Made by a program: the position numbers and the translations under genes
Notes under the pieces: generated by a model
What the model saw: the letters and a program-made list of their open reading frames with translations, nothing else
Databases searched by the model: none
What the model was told of the DNA's origin: nothing
In this document: piece by piece, positions 33,978 through 38,513 of the stretch
How positions within the stretch are numbered: the stretch's first letter is position 1
Layout of the letters: each line of letters starts with the position of its first letter
Assembly (NCBI GenBank): GCA_964343345.1
Contig: CAYFJE010000001.1
Location: 1 to 38,513, forward strand
Length of the DNA: 38,513 nt
Source of the DNA: an uncultured bacterium
Lineage (GTDB): Bacteria > UBP7 > UBA6624
Reading direction: 5' to 3'

Positions 33978-36473
33978 ATGAAAGGTAATTTTTCTGGCAA
34001 AAAGCTAAGTTGTCTTCTTTCTCCTAAAGATTGTGATTTCAATTTTAATTACAAGATTGAAGATGATGTTAAATCAATAGGGGATCGAATCATTGGGCAA
34101 GAAAGAGCAGTAGATTCGATTAAGTTTGGTTTAAGGATGAACAAGCCTGGTTACAACATTTTTGTTTCTGGTATTTCTGGGTCTGGAAGAACTTCAACTG
34201 TTCAAAAATATGTTGATCATCTTTCTTCTAAAGCTGTTGTTCCAAATGACTGGTGTTATGTACATAACTTTTCCAAACCGGATGAACCTTTAGCTTTAAG
34301 TTTAAGTCCTGGAAGAGGTAAGAAATTTACAGAGGATTTAGAGACACTAATAAACAGATTAAAGGATGAAATTCCAAATGCTTTTGAAGGTTCAGAATAC
34401 AAGGAAGAATTAGATAAACTTAGAAAAAAAGGTTCTGAAAAAAAGAAAGGAATCATCAAAGAAATGGAAGAAATAACTTCTTCCCATAACTTTTTGCTTA
34501 AAAAAACAAGTATGGGAATTATCACTATTCCAATTTGGGAAGGAGAGCCGATAGATGAGAGAAAATTTAGAGCACTTCCTGAAAATGTAAAAGAAGAAAT
34601 GCAAGAAACACAGGATAAACTTCAGGAAGAGTTAAACGATCATTTGGAGCAAATACAGCAAATAGACGACGAGATACAGAAAGAGGTAAATGACTTAGAC
34701 AGAAGATTGATACTTTTCTCTGTTGGGAGACATATGAGACGACTCCAAGATGATTATAGAGACATGAAGGAAGTTTCAAAATGGCTGATTGACCTACAGG
34801 AAGATGTTTTAAAGAATGCAGACTCTTTTAGAAAGAAAAATGATCCTTCCGCCGGACAAATGCCTGTTATTCCTATGCCTATGCCCGCCGGTCCAGACTT
34901 GAGAAAGTACAGGGTGAATTTGATTGTTGATATGTCTCTAGAAAAAGGCTCTCCAGTTGTTCTTGAAAAAAATGCCACTTTCGCAAACCTTATTGGAAAG
35001 ATGGAAAGAAGAGTTGAAATGGGTATGATGACAACTGATTTTACGATGATAAAGTCAGGGGCATTGCATAAAGCAAATGGTGGATATTTGATTCTCGAAG
35101 CTCTAGATGTTCTCAAGCATCCTGTTGCTTGGGATGGTTTAAAAAGAGCTTTAACTGACGGAGAGATATTGATAGAGGATATTGCTGATCATGCTGGGTA
35201 TGCCGCAAGTTCAACAATGAAGCCTGTTCCAATACCAATGAGTCTTAAGCTTGTGATGATTGGAAGTCCGTGGATATACCATCTTCTTTCTTCGCACGAT
35301 CAAGATTTCAAGGAGCTTTTCAAGGTAAGGGCTGACTTCAATAACACTTATGAATCAAGTTCTGAATCTTTCAAGGATTACTGTTCGTTTGTGAAAGCAA
35401 GGATAAACGAGGAGGATTTGTTAGATTTTGACATTTCTGCAATTCAAGGTTTGTACAAATGCGGTGTTAGGTTGGCAGGGGACAGGAAAAAAGTCTCAAC
35501 AAAATTCGGAGTCATTACTGACTTGATGAGGGAGGCAAGCCAGTTTGCAGTCGATGATAATTCCAAAACCGTTAACTCCAAGCATATTGATGATGTTGTA
35601 GAAGCAAGAAAAAGAAGAAATGGGTTAATTCCCGATCATATGCAAGAAATGCTTGAAAGGAAGCATATTATTGTTGAGACAGATGGTTTGAAAGTCGGGT
35701 CTATTAACGGTTTGGCGGTTTTAACTATTTCAGATGAGTCTTTTGGAAAGCCAAGCAGAATAACCGTAAACACCTTTCAGGGAAAAGGCAATGTGGTAAA
35801 TATAGAAAGGCAGGCCGACCTATCAGGAAATATACACAACAAGGGGGTCATGATACTTTCCGGTTGGCTTCATGAACATTTTGGAAAACATAATTCTTTA
35901 TCTGTTGCTGCATCAATTGCCTTTGAGCAGTCATATGGAATGGTTGACGGTGATTCAGCATCATCAACAGAACTTTATGCGATTTTATCTAGCATTTCAG
36001 AAATTCCGATAAACCAAGGGATTGCTGTGACTGGTTCGGTTAATCAAAAGGGAGAGGTTCAACCTATAGGTGGTGCAAATGAAAAGGTTGAGGGTTTCTA
36101 TGATCTTTGTAAAGCGAGAGGTTTGAATGGAGAGCAGGGAGTTATCATCCCTCATCAAAATGTAGAAAACCTAATCCTTTCAAAAGAAGTTATGGAGTCC
36201 ATAGAGAAGGGTGAGTTCAATGTATGGGCGGTTAAAAGGATTGAAGAGGGTATTGAGATACTTACTGGAAAAGAGGCTGGAATATGGGATAAGGCAAAAA
36301 AATCATGGTCGGAAGGTTCTGTTTTTAATGAAGTTGAGAAAAAACTGCAAGAATACAGGGAGTCTCCGAGACTTGAACTTGAAGCCTGGAATGAAAAGAT
36401 AGAAAAAAAGAAAAAGAAAAAGAGCCCAAAGAAAACCAAGGCAAAAAAAACACCAAAGAGGAAAAAGCAATAA
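33978..36473 (+). CDS. Lon-like protease of the COG1067 / LonC type (AAA-like domain with coiled-coil insertion + S16 protease domain), with Lys-rich C-terminal tail
   Basis: The N-terminal block is IIGQERAVDSIKFGL..NKPGYNIFVSGISGSGRTS...DWCYVHNF. A long charged helical insert follows. The S16 dyad context is VDGDSASS (Ser) and IGGANEKVEGF (Lys). The tail is KKKKKKSPKKTKAKKTPKRKKQ. Confidence 0.85.
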   Translation: MKGNFSGKKLSCLLSPKDCDFNFNYKIEDDVKSIGDRIIGQERAVDSIKFGLRMNKPGYNIFVSGISGSGRTSTVQKYVDHLSSKAVVPNDWCYVHNFSKPDEPLALSLSPGRGKKFTEDLETLINRLKDEIPNAFEGSEYKEELDKLRKKGSEKKKGIIKEMEEITSSHNFLLKKTSMGIITIPIWEGEPIDERKFRALPENVKEEMQETQDKLQEELNDHLEQIQQIDDEIQKEVNDLDRRLILFSVGRHMRRLQDDYRDMKEVSKWLIDLQEDVLKNADSFRKKNDPSAGQMPVIPMPMPAGPDLRKYRVNLIVDMSLEKGSPVVLEKNATFANLIGKMERRVEMGMMTTDFTMIKSGALHKANGGYLILEALDVLKHPVAWDGLKRALTDGEILIEDIADHAGYAASSTMKPVPIPMSLKLVMIGSPWIYHLLSSHDQDFKELFKVRADFNNTYESSSESFKDYCSFVKARINEEDLLDFDISAIQGLYKCGVRLAGDRKKVSTKFGVITDLMREASQFAVDDNSKTVNSKHIDDVVEARKRRNGLIPDHMQEMLERKHIIVETDGLKVGSINGLAVLTISDESFGKPSRITVNTFQGKGNVVNIERQADLSGNIHNKGVMILSGWLHEHFGKHNSLSVAASIAFEQSYGMVDGDSASSTELYAILSSISEIPINQGIAVTGSVNQKGEVQPIGGANEKVEGFYDLCKARGLNGEQGVIIPHQNVENLILSKEVMESIEKGEFNVWAVKRIEEGIEILTGKEAGIWDKAKKSWSEGSVFNEVEKKLQEYRESPRLELEAWNEKIEKKKKKKSPKKTKAKKTPKRKKQ

Positions 36474-36544
36474 AAAAAATTTTATTTTTACTTCTTGTCT
36501 TTTTTTCCCCAACAGCCAACAGCAATAAAGACCTTTCTGAAGAG

Positions 36545-36988
36545 TTGTCTTATTTTGAATCATTTATAGGGAAAACATACGAAGGCGAATTTGCTGCTAA
36601 TCCTCAGGGAAGTTCTATGACAGATGTGCAATACTGGGAGCGGATTTTGAATGGAAACGGAATACGAATCACTCATTCAATCAATGATGGTGAGTATGGT
36701 GGAGAAATAGTGATTATGTGGGATAGGGAAAAAGAGGTGTTGACAGGTTGGTATTTTACGACTGCTGGTTTTTATACACAGCAGAAATACTACATCGAGG
36801 ATGACGCTCTTGCAAGTTATGAGGATGTTGTTGGGAATGAGAATGGGATTACGGCTGTTAGATCCAAGACAACAATTACTGATAATGGATTCCATAGAAA
36901 AACCGAATATTTCCTTGAAGAGGAATGGGTTTATGGACATGAGCTTTCTTATGAAGAGGTTTTTGATAAAGAAGTAATTTTCAAATGA
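36545..36988 (+). CDS. Hypothetical exported protein (beta-rich, lipocalin/DUF1579-like guess); true start probably upstream at about 36470
   Basis: The track ORF starts at TTG 36545 without a usable SD. The same frame is open from 36395 and encodes a textbook signal peptide (I/M)KKILFLLLVFFSPTANS from 36470. I recognised no motif in the mature part. Confidence 0.5.
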   Translation: MSYFESFIGKTYEGEFAANPQGSSMTDVQYWERILNGNGIRITHSINDGEYGGEIVIMWDREKEVLTGWYFTTAGFYTQQKYYIEDDALASYEDVVGNENGITAVRSKTTITDNGFHRKTEYFLEEEWVYGHELSYEEVFDKEVIFK

Positions 36989-37378
36989 CTAGTCGTGTAT
37001 CAGGACTTCTTTAAAATCGTCACTTATGACTACATTCAACCCCATGGACTGAGATGCCAAGCCGATAATCTCATAAACTTTCATATCAACAATGAGTGTA
37101 AAATTTTTGTTCAATTCTTCTTTCTTTGATTCCGAGATGTCCAGATTTATTTTGAAGCTTGAGTTTGATTCAATTTTTTCTAAAAGTTGAACCAATGTTC
37201 CTTCATGGTTGATTGATACAGAATCTTCAAGTTTCCAAAGGTTTTGGGTTTCTTTTTCAGATTCTTTAATCTCTAAAGTTGAGTTCTTGTCTGTATTTGT
37301 TTTACTGAAAACAAAATGATTAAGCAGTATTGCTGCTAAAACTACACTTAACAGAATCATCCATTTTTTTTTCGTCAT
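36989..37378 (-). CDS. Hypothetical membrane-anchored / secreted protein
   Basis: The N-terminus MTKKKWMILLSVVLAAILL is a signal anchor. The remainder is Ser/Lys/Glu-rich with no recognised motif. It abuts the convergent 36545..36988 ORF with zero spacing. Confidence 0.5.
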   Translation of the reverse strand: MTKKKWMILLSVVLAAILLNHFVFSKTNTDKNSTLEIKESEKETQNLWKLEDSVSINHEGTLVQLLEKIESNSSFKINLDISESKKEELNKNFTLIVDMKVYEIIGLASQSMGLNVVISDDFKEVLIHD

Positions 37379-37388
37379 GACTTAATCC

Positions 37389-37394
37389 TATAAT
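37389..37394 (+). promoter_or_regulatory. -10 box (TATAAT) upstream of the phosphodiesterase gene
   Basis: TATAAT lies 13 nt upstream of ATG 37408. Only a weak AGG lies adjacent to the start. Confidence 0.25.
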
Positions 37395-37407
37395 CTAAAG
37401 TTAGGTT

Positions 37408-38513
37408 ATGAAGAAAATAGTTATTCTGAGTTTAGATGGAGTTCCTTTGACTCTTCTTGAGGATTTTATGAAAAGAGGTTTAATGCCTTCCTTGAAAGAA
37501 AAGATAGATGAAAGTGGCTCTGCTCCTGTTGAAATCAAATCGGTACATCCTTGTGAGTCTGCAACTGCATGGACTAGTTTCATGACGGGAAACAATCCAG
37601 GCAAGCATAATATTTATGGTTTTATGGACAGGCATGTCGGATCTTCAAAAGATGGAATGTATGTTGTTAATTCAACTTACAGAAAAGGCGACAGCTTGTG
37701 GAAAACCCTTTCAGGGAATGGTTTTAAGCCAGTGGTGATAAATGTTCCATTAAATTATCCTCCAGAAAACCTAGACGGCGTTATCGTTGGAGGTTTTTTA
37801 TCTCCTCCAGGTAACTCGGGGATAGTTCATCCAGAAAAACATGAAGAATATTTAAACGAGATTGGATACAAGCCAGATCCAGATAACAGTCTTGCCAAAA
37901 AAGACCTTTCTCTATGGTATGACGATTTAGTAAAAACAGAAGAAACAAGAATCAGTCTTGCGAAAAAATTTTTTAAAGAAGAATCTTGGGATTTTTTTCA
38001 CCTTCACATAATGGGAACCGATAGGTTGCATCATTTTCTTTGGGAAAAATGGGAAGATGGGGAAAGGCCATGGAGGAATAAGTTCGAGAATTTTTACTCT
38101 CTGGTTGATTCACATTTGAAATGGTTTTTTGAAAATGGAGATGACTGTACTTATGTAATGCTTTCTGACCATGGTTTTTGTAAAACTTTATATGAGTTTG
38201 ATTTAAATTCCTGGCTTTCTGAGAATTCCTGGCTCAAGCTTGGCGAGAATTCATCTTCTTTTAGTCCAGAAATCCTGCCTGAAAGCAAGGCTTTTTCTAT
38301 CCTTCCTGGAAGGGTTTATTTGAATTTGGAAGGAAGGGAAAAGGGTGGAACTGTTTCAAGGAGAGAATATTCAGGACTAAGGGAATCTTTGAGAGATGAA
38401 TTGCTAAACATAGAAGATGATTCTGGAGAAAAGGTTTTTAGAGATGTCTATTTTAGGGAAGATATTTATTTTGACGACTTTTCAGAGAAAGATTTTTTTC
38501 TATCAAAAGAAAA
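37408..38513 (+). CDS. Alkaline-phosphatase-superfamily protein, type I phosphodiesterase / nucleotide pyrophosphatase family (3' end beyond window)
   Basis: This ORF is not in the track because it has no stop in the window. My translation from ATG 37408 is open to the end of the window. It reads MKKIVILSLDGVPLTLLEDFMKRGLMPSLKE...CESATAWTSFMTGNNPGKHNIYGF...HLHIMGTDRLHH...VMLSDHGF. These are metal-ligand blocks typical of PF01663-type enzymes. There is no signal peptide. Confidence 0.8.
   Translation, partial: MKKIVILSLDGVPLTLLEDFMKRGLMPSLKEKIDESGSAPVEIKSVHPCESATAWTSFMTGNNPGKHNIYGFMDRHVGSSKDGMYVVNSTYRKGDSLWKTLSGNGFKPVVINVPLNYPPENLDGVIVGGFLSPPGNSGIVHPEKHEEYLNEIGYKPDPDNSLAKKDLSLWYDDLVKTEETRISLAKKFFKEESWDFFHLHIMGTDRLHHFLWEKWEDGERPWRNKFENFYSLVDSHLKWFFENGDDCTYVMLSDHGFCKTLYEFDLNSWLSENSWLKLGENSSSFSPEILPESKAFSILPGRVYLNLEGREKGGTVSRREYSGLRESLRDELLNIEDDSGEKVFRDVYFREDIYFDDFSEKDFFLSKE

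Noticed and set aside
36393-36480. A near-homopurine A/G tract looks like a simple repeat or low-complexity element.
   Set aside because: It is fully explained as AAA/AAG lysine codons of the Lon-like C-terminal tail plus the A-run at the stop. I found no periodic unit or spacer structure.
37401-37604. A 67-aa minus-strand ORF is the only track entry downstream of 37378.
   Set aside because: It is opposite the N-terminus of a clearly recognisable plus-strand phosphodiesterase/alkaline phosphatase family ORF (37408 to the window end). The track omitted that ORF only because it has no stop codon within the window.
33978-38513. A Lon-like protease lies about 1 kb from an alkaline-phosphatase-superfamily gene. 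This is reminiscent of BrxL plus PglZ in BREX defence systems.
   Set aside because: No methyltransferase, BrxC-type ATPase, BrxA or BrxB is present. The protease has the COG1067/LonC N-terminal block rather than a BrxL layout. The phosphatase-like protein has PF01663-type motifs (SLDG..., ESATAWTS, SDHGF) rather than PglZ features. The genes are separated by two unrelated small exported proteins on opposing strands.
1-38513. I searched for tRNA, rRNA, CRISPR arrays, transposases, integrases and prophage genes.
   Set aside because: No intergenic gap exceeds 88 bp. No cloverleaf-sized non-coding interval exists, no spaced direct repeats occur, and no ORF translation shows DDE transposase, tyrosine or serine recombinase, or phage structural motifs.

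Overview
AT-rich (by eye about one-third G+C), very compact bacterial chromosomal core segment in the standard code (TGA, TAA and TAG all act as stops). I call 38 protein genes. The largest intergenic gap is 88 bp. At least ten same-strand junctions have overlapping start and stop codons (ATGA, TAATG or GTGA type). All five convergent gene pairs overlap, abut or sit 15 bp apart.

Gene content in order:
- End of the ribosomal/rpoA cluster (rpsM-rpsK-rpoA-rplQ), running straight into rplM-rpsI.
- A c-di-AMP module (cdaA-cdaR) coupled to acpS and two glycosyltransferases.
- nadE.
- A tight string of M20 amidohydrolase, tocopherol-cyclase-like protein, flavin-halogenase-like protein and delta-9-type desaturase, with a convergent BioH-like esterase.
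- The complete glycine cleavage operon gcvT-gcvH-gcvP plus a single-domain lipoate ligase or octanoyltransferase.
- fumC plus a membrane protein.
- A NYN-domain protein coupled to a DASS/RCK_C permease.
- A Mrp/ApbC-like ATPase and a class A PBP.
- tyrS-icd-sucC-sucD.
- korA-korB plus a CPBP protease.
- A LonC-like protease with a histone-H1-like tail.
- Two small exported proteins.
- A 3'-truncated alkaline-phosphatase-superfamily phosphodiesterase that the ORF track misses.

I found no rRNA, tRNA, CRISPR, transposase, integrase or phage genes. This looks like housekeeping DNA, not an accessory island.

Most worth a second look:
1. The uncharacterised cyclase-like / halogenase-like / desaturase string (8.2-13.2 kb).
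2. A composite 31-bp direct plus 19-bp inverted repeat framing the lipoate ligase gene. It builds the 3' end of the neighbouring membrane-protein gene from reverse-complemented copies of the gcvP 3' end and the ligase 5' end.
3. An exported protein whose signal peptide is encoded upstream of any canonical start codon, beginning at an ATA that overlaps the Lon stop (ATAA).
4. A Mrp/ApbC homologue lacking the CXXC cluster ligands.
5. A recurrent TAGAAT/TATAAT box 6-13 nt upstream of operon-head start codons that lack a Shine-Dalgarno, which suggests leaderless or near-leaderless mRNAs.

All family assignments rest on motifs recognised by eye and from memory. No searches were run.
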